From Macrostomum lignano (taxonomy: Eukaryota), in NCBI GenBank assembly GCA_002269645.1, contig NIVC01000087.1, positions 310,001-374,000 on the forward strand: a DNA stretch of 64,000 nt, in the 5' to 3' direction. This document shows positions 25,722-38,679 of the stretch, in pieces. Position 1 is the stretch's first letter, and every line of letters begins with the position of its first letter. The notes beneath the pieces are model-generated. The model had not been told where the DNA came from. It saw nothing but the letters and a program-made list of their open reading frames with translations, and did no database searches. The position numbers and the translations under genes were made by a program.

Positions 25722-28700
25722 AAAATGGCGCCTTTATCGACACTACATGTAAAAATATCGCCTTCATCGACATCCTAAAATGGCGCCTTCGACTTCATCG
25801 ACACTAAAAACGGCGCCTTCATCGACACTAAAAACGGCGCCTTCATCGACACTAAAAACGGCGCCTTCATCGACACTAAAAATGGCACCTTCATCGACAC
25901 TAAAAAACAGCGCCATCATCGATACTAAAAACGGCGCCTTCATCGACACTAAAAAACAGCGCCATCATTGACACTAGAAAATGGCGCCTTCATCGACACT
26001 AGAAAATGGCGCCTTCATCGACACTAAAAACGGCGCCTTCATCGACACTAAAAACGGCACCTTCATCGACACTAAAAACGGCGCCTTCATCGACACTAAA
26101 AATGGCGCCTTCATCGACACTAAAAATGGCGCCTTCATCGACACTAAAATTGTGCCTTTATCGACACTAAAAATGGCACCTTCATCGACACTAAAAATGG
26201 CGCTTTCATCGACACTAAAAATTGTGCCTTTATCGACACTAAAAATGGCACCTTCATCGACACTAAAAACGGCACCTTCATCGACACTAAAAATAACGCC
26301 TTCATCGACACTAAAAATTGTGCCTTTATCGACACTAAAAATGGCGCCTTCATCGACACTAAAAATTGTGCCTTTATCGACACTAAAAATGGCGCCTTCA
26401 TCGACACTAAAAATGGCGCTTTCATCGACACTAAAAATTGTGCCTTTATCGACACTAAAAATGGCACCTTCATCGACACTAAAAACGGCACCTTCATCGA
26501 CACTAAAAATGGCGCCTTCATCGACACTAAAAACGGCACCTTCATCGACACTAAAAATGGCGCCTTCATCGATACTAAAAACGGCGCCTTCATCGACACT
26601 AAAAAACAGCGCCTTCATCGACACTAGAAAATGGCGCCTTCATCGACACTAGAAAATGGCGCTTTCATCGACACTAAAAACGGCGCTTTCATTAACACTA
26701 AAAATGGCGCCTTCATCGACACTAAAAATGGCGCCTTCATCGACACTAAAAAACAGCGCCATCATTGACACTAAAAATGGCGCCTTCATCGACACTAAAA
26801 ACGGCGCCTTCATCGACACTAAAAACGGCGCCTTCATCGACACTAAAAATTGTGCCTTCATCGACACTAAAAATGGCACCTTCATCGACACTAAAAACGG
26901 CACCTTCATCGACACTAAAAATGGCGCCTTCATCGACACTAAAAAACAGCGCCATCATTGACACTAAAAATGGCGCCTTCATCGACACTAAAAACGGCGC
27001 CTTCATCGACACTAAAAACGGCGCCTTCATCGACACTAAAAATTGTGCCTTTATCGACACTAAAAATGGCACCTTCATCGACACTAAAAACGGCACCTTC
27101 ATCGACACTAAAAACGGCACCTTCATCGACACTAAAAATGGCGCCTTCATCGACACTAAAAACGGCGCCTTCATCGACACTAAAAACGGCGCCTTCATCG
27201 ACACTAAAAATGGCGCCTTCATCGACACTAAAAACGGCGCCTTCATCGACACTAAAAATGGCGCCTTCATCGACACTAAAAACGGCGCCTTCATCGACAC
27301 TAAAAACGGCACCTTCATCGACACTAAGAACGGCGCTTTCATTAACACTAAAAATGGCGCCTTCATCGACACTAAAAACGGCGCCTTCATCGACACTAAA
27401 AACGGCGCCTTCATCGACACTAAAAATGGCGCCTTCATCGACACTAAAAACGGCGCCTTCATCGACACTAAAAATGGCGCCTTCATCGACACTAAAAACG
27501 GCGCCTTCATCGACACTAAAAACGGCACCTTCATCGACACTAAAAACGGCGCTTTCATTAACACTAAAAATGGCGCCTTCATCGACACTAAAAATGGCGC
27601 CTTCATCGACACTAAAAAACAGCGCCATCATTGACACTAAAAATGGCGCCTTCATCGACACTAAAAACGGCGCCTTCATCGACACTAAAAACGGCGCCTT
27701 CATCGACACTAAAAATTGTGCCTTCATCGACACTAAAAATTGTGCCTTTATCGACACTAAAAATGGCACCTTCATCGACACTAAAAATTGTGCCTTCATC
27801 GACACTAAAAACGGCACCTTCATCGACACTAAAAATGGCGCCTTCATCGACACTAAAAATTGTGCCTTCATCGACACTAAAAATTGTGCCTTTATCGACA
27901 CTAAAAATGGTACCTTCATCGACACTAAAAATGGCGCCTTCATCGACACTAAAAATTGTGCCTTTATCGACACTAAAAACGGCGCCTTCATCGACACTAA
28001 AAATGGCGCCTTTATCGACACTAAAAATGGCGCCTTCATCGACACTAAAAATGGCGCCTTCATCGACACTAGAAAATGGCGCCTTCACTGACACTAAAAA
28101 TGGCGCCTTCATCGACACTAAAAACGGCGCCATCATCGATACTAAAAACGGCGCCTTCATCGACACTAAAAACGGCGCCTTCATCGACACTAAAAATGGC
28201 GCCTTCATCGACACTAAAAACGGCGCCTTCATCGACACTAAAAATGGCGCCTTCATCGACACTAAAAACGGCGCCTTCATCGACACTAAAAACGGCACCT
28301 TCATCGACACTAAAAACGGCGCTTTCATTAACACTAAAAATGGCGCCTTCATCGACACTAAAAATGGCGCCTTCATCGACACTAAAAAACAGCGCCATCA
28401 TTGACACTAAAAATGGCGCCTTCATCGACACTAAAAACGGCGCCTTCATCGACACTAAAAACGGCGCCTTCATCGACACTAAAAATTGTGCCTTCATCGA
28501 CACTAAAAAGTGTGCCTTTATCGACACTAAAAATGGCACCTTCATCGACACTAAAAATTGTGCCTTCATCGACACTAAAAACGGCACCTTCATCGACACT
28601 AAAAATGGCGCCTTCATCGACACTAAAAATTGTGCCTTCATCGACACTAAAAATTGTGCCTTTATCGACACTAAAAATGGTACCTTCATCGACACTAAAA

Positions 28701-31700
28701 ATGGCGCCTTCATCGACACTAAAAATTGTGCCTTTATCGACACTAAAAACGGCGCCTTCATCGACACTAAAAATGGCGCCTTTATCGACACTAAAAATGG
28801 CGCCTTCATCGACACTAAAAATGGCGCCTTCATCGACACTAGAAAATGGCGCCTTCACTGACACTAAAAATGGCGCCTTCATCGACACTAAAAATGGCGC
28901 CTTCATCGACACTAAAAAACAGCGCCATCATTGACACTAAAAATGGCGCCTTCATCGACACTAAAAACGGCGCCTTCATCGACACTAAAAACGGCGCCTT
29001 CATCGACACTAAAAATTGTGCCTTCATCGACACTAAAAATGGCACCTTCATCGACACTAAAAACGGCACCTTCATCGACACTAAAAATGGCGCCTTCATC
29101 GACACTAAAAAACAGCGCCATCATTGACACTAAAAATGGCGCCTTCATCGACACTAAAAACGGCGCCTTCATCGACACTAAAAACGGCGCCTTCATCGAC
29201 ACTAAAAATTGTGCCTTTATCGACACTAAAAATGGCACCTTCATCGACACTAAAAACGGCACCTTCATCGACACTAAAAACGGCACCTTCATCGACACTA
29301 AAAATGGCGCCTTCATCGACACTAAAAACGGCGCCTTCATCGACACTAAAAACGGCGCCTTCATCGACACTAAAAATGGCGCCTTCATCGACACTAAAAA
29401 CGGCGCCTTCATCGACACTAAAAATGGCGCCTTCATCGACACTAAAAACGGCGCCTTCATCGACACTAAAAACGGCACCTTCATCGACACTAAGAACGGC
29501 GCCTTCATTAACACTAAAAATGGCGCCTTCATCGACACTAAAAATGGCGCCTTCATCGACACTAAAAAACAGCGCCATCATTGACACTAAAAATGGCGCC
29601 TTCATCGACACTAAAAACGGCGCCTTCATCGACACTAAAAACGGCGCCTTCATCGACACTAAAAATTGTGCCTTCATCGACACTAAAAATTGTGCCTTTA
29701 TCGACACTAAAAATGGCACCTTCATCGACACTAAAAATTGTGCCTTCATCGACACTAAAAACGGCACCTTCATCGACACTAAAAATGGCGCCTTCATCGA
29801 CACTAAAAATTGTGCCTTCATCGACACTAAAAATTGTGCCTTTATCGACACTAAAAATGGTACCTTCATCGACACTAAAAATGGCGCCTTCATCGACACT
29901 AAAAATTGTGCCTTTATCGACACTAAAAACGGCGCCTTCATCGACACTAAAAATGGCGCCTTTATCGACACTAAAAATGGCGCCTTCATCGACACTAAAA
30001 ATGGCGCCTTCATCGACACTAGAAAATGGCGCCTTCACTGACACTAAAAATGGCGCCTTCATCGACACTAAAAACGGCGCCATCATCGATACTAAAAACG
30101 GCGCCTTCATCGACACTAAAAACGGCGCCTTCATCGACACTAAAAACGGCGCCTTCATCGACACTAAAAACGGCGCCTTCATCGACACTAAAAATGGCGC
30201 CTTCATCGACACTAAAAACGGCGCCTTCATCGACACTAAAAACGGCGCCTTCATCGACACTAAAAACGGCGCCTTCATCGACACTAAAAACGGCGCCTTC
30301 ATCGACACTAAAAATTGTGCCTTCATCGACACTAAAAATTGTGCCTTTATCGACACTAAAAATGGCACCTTCATCGACACTAAAAATTGTGCCTTCATCG
30401 ACACTAAAAACGGCACCTTCATCGACACTAAAAATGGCGCCTTCATCGACACTAAAAATTGTGCCTTCATCGACACTAAAAATTGTGCCTTTATCGACAC
30501 TAAAAATGGTACCTTCATCGACACTAAAAATGGCGCCTTCATCGACACTAAAAATTGTGCCTTTATCGACACTAAAAACGGCGCCTTCATCGACACTAAA
30601 AATGGCGCCTTTATCGACACTAAAAATGGCGCCTTCATCGACACTAAAAATGGCGCCTTCATCGACACTAGAAAATGGCGCCTTCACTGACACTAAAAAT
30701 GGCGCCTTCATCGACACTAAAAACGGCGCCATCATCGATACTAAAAACGGTGCCTTCATCGACACTAAAAAACAGCGCCATCATCGACACTAGAAAATGG
30801 CGCCTTCATCGACACTAGAAAATGGCGCCTTCACCGACACTAAAAATGGCGCCTTCATCGACACTAAAAACGGCGCCATCATCGATACTAAAAACGGCAC
30901 CTTCATCGACACTAAAAACGGCGCTTTCATCGACACTAAAAATGGCGCCTTCATCGACACTAGAAAATGGCGCCTTCATCGACACTAGAAAATGGCGCCT
31001 TCACCGACACTAAAAATGGCGCCTTCATCGACACTAAAAACGGCGCCATCATCGATACTAAAAACGGCGCCTTCATCGACACTAAAAATTGTGCCTTCAT
31101 CGACACTAAAAATTGTGCCTTTATCGACACTAAAAATGGTACCTTCATCGACACTAAAAATGGCGCCTTCATCGACACTAAAAATTGTGCCTTTATCGAC
31201 ACTAAAAACGGCGCCTTCATCGACACTAAAAATGGCGCCTTTATCGACACTAAAAATGGCGCCTTCATCGACACTAAAAATGGCGCCTTCATCGACACTA
31301 GAAAATGGCGCCTTCACTGACACTAAAAATGGCGCCTTCATCGACACTAAAAACGGCGCCATCATCGATACTAAAAACGGTGCCTTCATCGACACTAAAA
31401 AACAGCGCCATCATCGACACTAGAAAATGGCGCCTTCATCGACACTAGAAAATGGCGCCTTCACCGACACTAAAAATGGCGCCTTCATCGACACTAAAAA
31501 CGGCGCCATCATCGATACTAAAAACGGCACCTTCATCGACACTAAAAACGGCGCTTTCATCGACACTAAAAATGGCGCCTTCATCGACACTAGAAAATGG
31601 CGCCTTCATCGACACTAGAAAATGGCGCCTTCACCGACACTAAAAATGGCGCCTTCATCGACACTAAAAACGGCGCCATCATCGATACTAAAAACGGCGC

Positions 31701-32340
31701 CTTCATCGACACTAAAAAACAGCGCCATCATTGACACTAAAAATGGCGCCTTCATCGACACTAAAAACGGCGCCTTCATCGACACTAAAAACGGCGCTTT
31801 CATCGACACTAAAAACGGCGCCTTCATCGACACTAAAAACGGCGCTTTCATTAACACTAAAAATGGCGCCTTCATCGACACTAAAAATGGCGCCTTCATC
31901 GACACTAAAAAACAGCGCCATCATTGACACTAAAAATGGCGCCTTCATCGACACTAAAAACGGCGCCTTCATCGACACTAAAAACGGCGCCTTCATCGAC
32001 ACTAAAAACGGCGCCTTCATCGACACTAAAAACGGCGCCTTCATCGACACTAAAAACGGCGCCTTCATCGACACTAAAAATTGTGTCTTTATCAACACTA
32101 AGAACGGCGCCTTCACCGACACTAAAAACGGCGCCTTCACCGACACTAAAAATGGCGCCTTCATCGACACTAAAAACGGCGCCATCATCGATACTAAAAA
32201 CGGCGCCTTCATCGACACTAAAAAACAGCGCCATCATTGACACTAGAAAATGGCGCCTTCATCGACACTAGAAAATGGCGCCTTCATCGACACTAAAAAA
32301 CAGCGCCATCATCGACACTAAAAATGACGTCTTCATCGAA
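25722..32340. repeat. 6.6-kb 24-bp satellite AAAAATGGCGCCTTCATCGACACT with higher-order structure
   Basis: Direct inspection; 25-bp marker variants AAAAAACAGCGCCATCATTGACACT and AGAAAATGGCGCC recur in blocks. Confidence 0.97.
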
Positions 32341-32794
32341 CTTAGATCCCTGAATCCCAAATCCCAAATCCCAAATGATTTAATTTAGTTTTTTTCTATC
32401 CCTTCTTCAAGTTCCCAAAGAGCTGCCTGAACGATCTGCAAGACTGTAACAACAAGAAAAAAATGCAAAGTCTGAAGTCACATTGCAAGCAGTTGCTACA
32501 TGTAGATAGGAACAGAACAATTTGTTAATCGGTGGGATGTAGTGGACCAAACAAGACCTTAAACAAGCTGAAGAACTGACTGACTGCCTGACTTGGCTTC
32601 CGACTGGGTGGCTGCATGACAGACAGAATAAGATGGCTAAGCATCTGCCGCAGTCCTGTCAAGCTCTGTCTCGATGCAGCCGAAACACACGTGAACTTCT
32701 TTCAGACTTTTAATATACAGTGAAAATGCTTCGAATTGTAACAGTGAGTCAGTCCTGAACTGAAGCAGGCCTGGATCCGAATGTCAAAATGATC

Positions 32795-34702
32795 AAATGA
32801 ATGACCGAATAAATGACCAGTCAGAATGACCGAATGAATGTCCAGTCAGAATGACCGAATGAATGACCAGTCAGAATGACCGAATGAATGTCCAGTCAGA
32901 ATGACCGAATGAATGACCAGTCAGAATGACCGAATGAATGACCAGTCAGAATGACCGAATGAATGACCAGTCAGAATGACTGAACCAATGACCAGTCAGA
33001 ATGACCGAATGAATGACCAGTCAGAATGACCGAATGAATGACCAGTCAGAATGACCGAATGAATGACCAGTCAGAATGACCGAATGAATGACCAGTCAGA
33101 ATGACCGAATGAATGACCAGTCAGAATGACCGAATGAATGACCAGTCAGAATGACCGAATGAATGACCAGTCAGAATGACCGAATGAATGACCAGTCAGA
33201 ATGACTGAATGAAAGACCAGTCAGAATGACCGAATGAATGACCAGTCAGAATGACCGAATGAATGACCAGTCAGAGTGACCGAATGAATGACCAGTCAGA
33301 ATGACTGAACGAATGACCAGTCAGAATGACCGAATGAATGACCAGTCAGAATGACTGAATGAAAGACCAGTCAGAATGACCGAATGAATGACCAGTCAGA
33401 ATGACTGAATGAAAGACCAGTCAGAATGACCGAATGAATGACCAGTCAGAATGACCGAATGAATGACCAGTCAGAGTGACCGAATGAATGACCAGTCAGA
33501 ATGACTGAACGAATGACCAGTCAGAATGACCGAATGAATGACCAGTCAGAGTGACTGAATGAATGACCAGTAAGAATGACCGAATGAATGACCAGTCAGA
33601 GTGACCGAAAGAATGACCAGTCAGAATGACTGAATGAATGACCAGTCAGAATGACCGAATGAATGACCAGTCAGAATGACCGAATGAATGACCAGTCAGA
33701 ATGACCGAATGAATGACCAGTCAGAATGACCGAATGAATGACCAGTCAGAATGACCGAATGAATGACCAGTCAGAATGACCGAATGAATGACCAGTCAGA
33801 GTGACTGAATGAAAGACCAGTCAGAATGACCGAATGAATGACCAGTCAGAATGACCGAATGAATGACCAGTCAGAGTGACCGAATGAATGACCAGTCAGA
33901 ATGACTGAACGAATGACCAGTCAGAATGACCGAATGAATGACCAGTCAGAATGACTGAATGAAAGACCAGTCAGAATGACCGAATGAATGACCAGTCAGA
34001 ATGACTGAATGAAAGACCAGTCAGAATGACCGAATGAATGACCAGTCAGAATGACCGAATGAATGACCAGTCAGAGTGACCGAATGAATGACCAGTCAGA
34101 ATGACTGAACGAATGACCAGTCAGAATGACCGAATGAATGACCAGTCAGAGTGACTGAATGAATGACCAGTAAGAATGACCGAATGAATGACCAGTCAGA
34201 GTGACCGAAAGAATGACCAGTCAGAATGACTGAATGAATGACCAGTCAGAATGACCGAATGAATGACCAGTCAGAATGACCGAATGAATGACCAGTCAGA
34301 ATGACCGAATGAATGACCAGTCAGAATGACCGAATGAATGACCAGTCAGAATGACCGAATGAATGACCAGTCAGAATGACCGAATGAATGACCAGTCAGA
34401 GTGACTGAATGAAAGACCAGTCAGAATGACCGAATGAATGACCAGTCAGAATGACCGAATGAATGACCAGTCAGAGTGACCGAATGAATGACCAGTCAGA
34501 ATGACTGAACGAATGACCAGTCAGAATGACCGAATGAATGACCAGTCAGAATGACTGAATGAAAGACCAGTCAGAATGACCGAATGAATGACCAGTCAGA
34601 ATGACTGAATGAATGACCAGTCAGAATGACCGAATGAATGACCAGTCAGAATGACCGAATGAATGACCAATCAGAATGACCGAATGAATGACCAGTCAGA
34701 AT
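32795..34702. repeat. 25-bp satellite GAATGACCGAATGAATGACCAGTCA with 600-bp higher-order period
   Basis: Sequence lines 600 bp apart are identical (e.g. 33361=33961, 33541=34141, 33901=34501). Confidence 0.97.
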
Positions 34703-35965
34703 GGAAATCGGGGAGTTTTTATTAACTAGAATCGTCTATGGCAAACGCGCATTCAGCTTAGCGAAATCCCGGCAAAACGCATTTGCTTCATTTGGAATTG
34801 TGAAGTCCAGAAGGTGAAGCAGTCCACTCTTAATACCGTCATAGCTATCGGCATCCGCTGAGACACCGCCGGTTCGTGCTGTCGCTAAAATCAGATTGGC
34901 GGACAAATCCATCCGGAAGCAGGGGACTTGGCTGTGAAAGCGGGCGAACTAAAAGTGGTGAAGCGGTGAATAAACTGGGCTTAACCTCAAGCGAAAGCCA
35001 AAAAGGTAAAGAAGCAGAGCGGAGCTGAAGCAGATTTGAAAGCCTGATTTGCCGCGCAACAGCGGGAGGTCGAGGCCAAGAGTTTGGCAAAGGAGAAATT
35101 AGAAGCAGCAGGAGAGACGATTGGAAAAGCTTTCTAAAGGAATTATCTATCGCTGCTGCTGCCTCTCGAGCCAGAAGCCAGTCAAGTAGAAGGGCAGAGA
35201 GAGAGAGCGAAATGGCAGGCGAAGGCGCCCGGGCCATCAGCGGAGCAGATCGAGCAGGAGTTCAGAGACAGAGGGTGCGTGTCAGTCAAACCCCGGCCCT
35301 GCATCTTGACGACATGTAGGTGGCGGCGCTTGGGGTGAAAGAAAATGAAAGACAGTTGCAGACTGAATTGAGAGGAGATGCAGGCTTAGGTGAAATTGGC
35401 AAGATTCAGGATGACGGGGGGAAATCAGGTGACACGGAGTCTGGGGGCCCAGGCTTTGGCATGCGTTTGGCGACACAGCGGGGAGGCGGCCGCGCAGGGA
35501 GGGGAGCAGAGGACAGCGTCTCCATGCTGGGGTTGGTCAGCACCTGTTGTCAGTCAGCGCTTCATCAACAGGGAAGCTGGGGAGTCTGTGGAGTCTGGGA
35601 CTGGATGGACAACACAAAAACTGGAGAAACTTGCCAGCGAAGCCAGAGCTTGTCACCGAGCTTGTATGTATATTTACACTTCCTGTCGCCCGAGACCTTC
35701 AACAATTACCAAAGTCGCAGCCGCTCCGCAGCCCCCTGGGGTGCGAGAATTTCCCCGCTTTTTCAAATTTTTCCCCGAAGCTGTCGAAGCGCTGGAATTG
35801 GAAGCTTTCCCCGGCCGCGATCGGCCTGCGAGATAAAGAAGACGGACAGAAGCGGAGGAGGTCGCGCAGACGGGACTGCCGATGGTGGAAGCGAACTCGA
35901 AATTATGAGGAACTGTTGAACAGATCCATAGAGAGTGAACAGGCTGAGGCCTGGCACAGAAAACA

Positions 35966-35970
35966 CAGAC

Positions 35971-36005
<35 letters not shown>

Positions 36006-36030
36006 CAGACACAGACAGACACAGGCAGAC

Positions 36031-36101
<71 letters not shown>

Positions 36102-36188
36102 GTCAGACAGACATGCAGACAGACAGACATGCAGACAGACAGTCAGACAGACATGCAGACAGACAGACAGACAGACAGACAGACATGC

Positions 36189-36225
<37 letters not shown>

Positions 36226-36312
36226 GTCAGACAGACATGCAGACAGACAGACATGCAGACAGACAGTCAGACAGACATGCAGACAGACAGACAGACAGAC
36301 AGACAGACATGC

Positions 36313-36361
<49 letters not shown>

Positions 36362-36372
36362 CAGACACTCAG
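35966..36372. repeat. (GACA)n microsatellite with CATGCA/GTCA interruptions
   Basis: Direct inspection. Confidence 0.95.
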
Positions 36373-38119
36373 ACAGTGTTGAAGCAATTCATTTCCTAGA
36401 AACGTGGACTTAAACCGATGCCGATAGTTTCCAGGAAAGCGAAGAAAGCGTGTAAGCAGACTCGGCGATCTGCACGGACAAGCAAATAAGGCTTAATCAT
36501 CTCCCACTCTGAAGTTTGAAAATACGGACAGAAACACAGCACGAGTGGGGAGGCAGCAGGGCCCCTCTCCACATAGCGATGGTGTTTCCAACAAACGCTG
36601 GTCCATCCCCAACCGGCCAAGGTTTCGGGGCGCTGCCAAATACGCGAGAGGAGACGCGAGGAGCCGGCACCGCGGCATGAGCGCGCGCCCGCAGAGTCTG
36701 GAGAGGGGACCCCCAGCCGAGCTGCGCACCCCAATTAGCGGAGAAGCGCCGCGGGGGGCGCGCGAAGCAACCCACACCTCCGGGGAGTCCCTCTCCCCAT
36801 TCGTGTTCCCCTTTCTCCCTCTCTTTCGCGGCAAAGCTAAGTAGGAAAAATATCACAGAGGATGGGTTTGGGGTGGCCTGGTGCGGGGCCCACTTAAAGT
36901 CAGCTGGGGGCTCGAGCCCAATACTATAATATAGGCTTTTCGCACACATGCTGGGAGCTCTTCCCAAGGGGGGGGAGCGAACGTTAAGAAATCCTCAATT
37001 GCCGCTCTCGCTCTCTTTCCTTTCCCTTTTTATCCCCTTTACCCCTGAAAACAGAGCCGAAAAATCTGGCTGGGGGATCGAGTCAGCCAGTCTTGGGTAG
37101 GTAGAGGGGGGACCGGAGCCTTTGCGAGCACCTACAGCAACTGGACCTGTCAATCAAGCTAAAGCCCAGGAGAGCCAGGGGAGGGTCTGGGAACACACAC
37201 AGCAGCGATGGGAGAATTCGGGATGCGGAACACGGAAAAGGGGAGAACTATAGGAAGAGGAAAAATCTTGGGAGGGGAGGCTTAAGGCTGGATTATATTA
37301 AGCAACGTGGAGGAGGATTAGCAGGGGCTGCTGGCTCACAGCGAGTTGGGCCAAGGCGCACGTCGAAATCAAAGTCAAGCATCAGGTAGGCGGGTGGAGC
37401 AGAGGGGAAGGCGAGATGGAGAAAAAATGCGTTAGAGGCCTGGGGGGGGGGGCGCACACCAGAGATTGCGCTTGGAGATCGGGATTCTGGCGATGCCGAC
37501 TACCTGATGCAGAGCCTCTGCCGGCCCCCCGCTGAGAGGCGGGCCATCCCCTCGCCGCCGCGCAGCCTGTGGGCAGAACAACAAATCGGCAGCCAGGTGC
37601 CGCTTCAAGAGCTGGCAGCGGCAGCCAATTTCAGCAATTTTACACGCAATCGAGAAAAAACTTTTCCGGGGGGGGGGAGTTGGCGGTGCCTCGTCGGGTT
37701 CCACTTAAGCCGCTGATTAATTTCTGCGCCCCCGGAATTTCCCCAATCTTGACGTGTTTACACGCTGACAAACAGCATTGATTGCCCCCCAAACCAGCAC
37801 CTGATTGCCAGGTGAAGCGCAAATGTGAGAAAAGAGCAGTTTTGTTTATCTATATTCACTCGTGTACGATAGTGAATCACTCTATATAAATAGTTCATTC
37901 TCGCTAATTGGTGCTCTTGCTAAGGAAGACGTCCTGCGCTGAGAAGATTCGAATATCAGGTGAATAAGGACGCAAACACACAGCTCGAAATATTATCCAA
38001 TAATTACAGTAGCTTTCCAAGGATGAAAACAGATGAGAATTTGAGATAAAAGAGACATGCTACTATTATTTACAACTTTTTGAAGGCCGAAATTGTCTTT
38101 GTGAAGATTAAAGTTTTTT

Positions 38120-38378
38120 TCTTTTTGAAGGCTCAAACTTTCTTTGCGATGACTCAAGGTTCCTTTTGAAGGCTCAAACTTTCTTTGTGATGACTCAAGG
38201 TTCTTTTTGAAGGCTCAAACTTTCTTTGCGATGACTCAAGGTTCTTTTTGAAGGCTCAAACTTTCTTTGCGATGACTCAAGGTTCTTTTTGAAGGCTCAA
38301 ACTTTCTTTGTGATGACTCAAGGTTCTTTTTGAAGGCTCAAACTTTCTTTGTGATGACTCAAGGTTCTTTTTGAAGGC
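38120..38378. repeat. 41-bp minisatellite TTTTTGAAGGCTCAAACTTTCTTTGTGATGACTCAAGGTTC
   Basis: About 6 units, period 41; the last unit is interrupted by the SINE. Confidence 0.92.
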
Positions 38379-38679
38379 CTAGTGGTTGTAGCCTAGCGGT
38401 TAGAGCGTCGGACTCACGACTTGACGGTCGGGGTTCGATTCCCGATCCCACTGGAACAATCTGTGTCCTTGAGCAAGACACTTAACTCTGCATTGCTTCA
38501 GCTGTAAAATGGGTGCCAGCATTAGCTGGGGTAATTGAGGCTGTGTGTGGCGACCCCCCAGTCCTTGGACTGAACAGCCGTACGCAGCCTTCAGATGGGC
38601 CGCGCAATAGCTGCGGCTGAGCTGTCGGTTGCACATCTGGCCATTAGGGCAGGTGTAATCAATTATTATTATATGATTA
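38379..38679 (+). mobile_element. tRNA-derived SINE with CORE-like central domain and (ATT)n tail
   Basis: A-box TAGCCTAGCGG, B-box GGTTCGATTCC (38432-38442). TGTGTCCTTGAGCAAGACACTTAACTC...CTGTAAAATGGG resembles the MIR CORE. Tail ATTATTATT. Flanked by TTTTGAAGGC on both sides (38369-38378, 38680-38689). Second partial copy at 41912-42051. Confidence 0.85.

Noticed and set aside
22015-25722. Homology between the unique gaps flanking the inverted G/C arrays (expected for a clean inverted duplication)
   Set aside because: No inverted match or TSD found by eye; the Foldback interpretation stays hypothetical.
25764-32271. Many ORFs with MAPSSTLK / IDTKNGAF repeats
   Set aside because: Open in several frames on both strands and broken by 25-bp variants: satellite artefacts.
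34960-35320. EIRSSRRDDWKSFLKEL faintly resembles a non-LTR retrotransposon ORF2 linker motif
   Set aside because: Single short motif, stops nearby, no RT or endonuclease motifs.
38382-38451. Possible tRNA gene
   Set aside because: Acceptor and anticodon stems mispair, and it continues into a SINE body with tail and TSD; treated as a SINE head.
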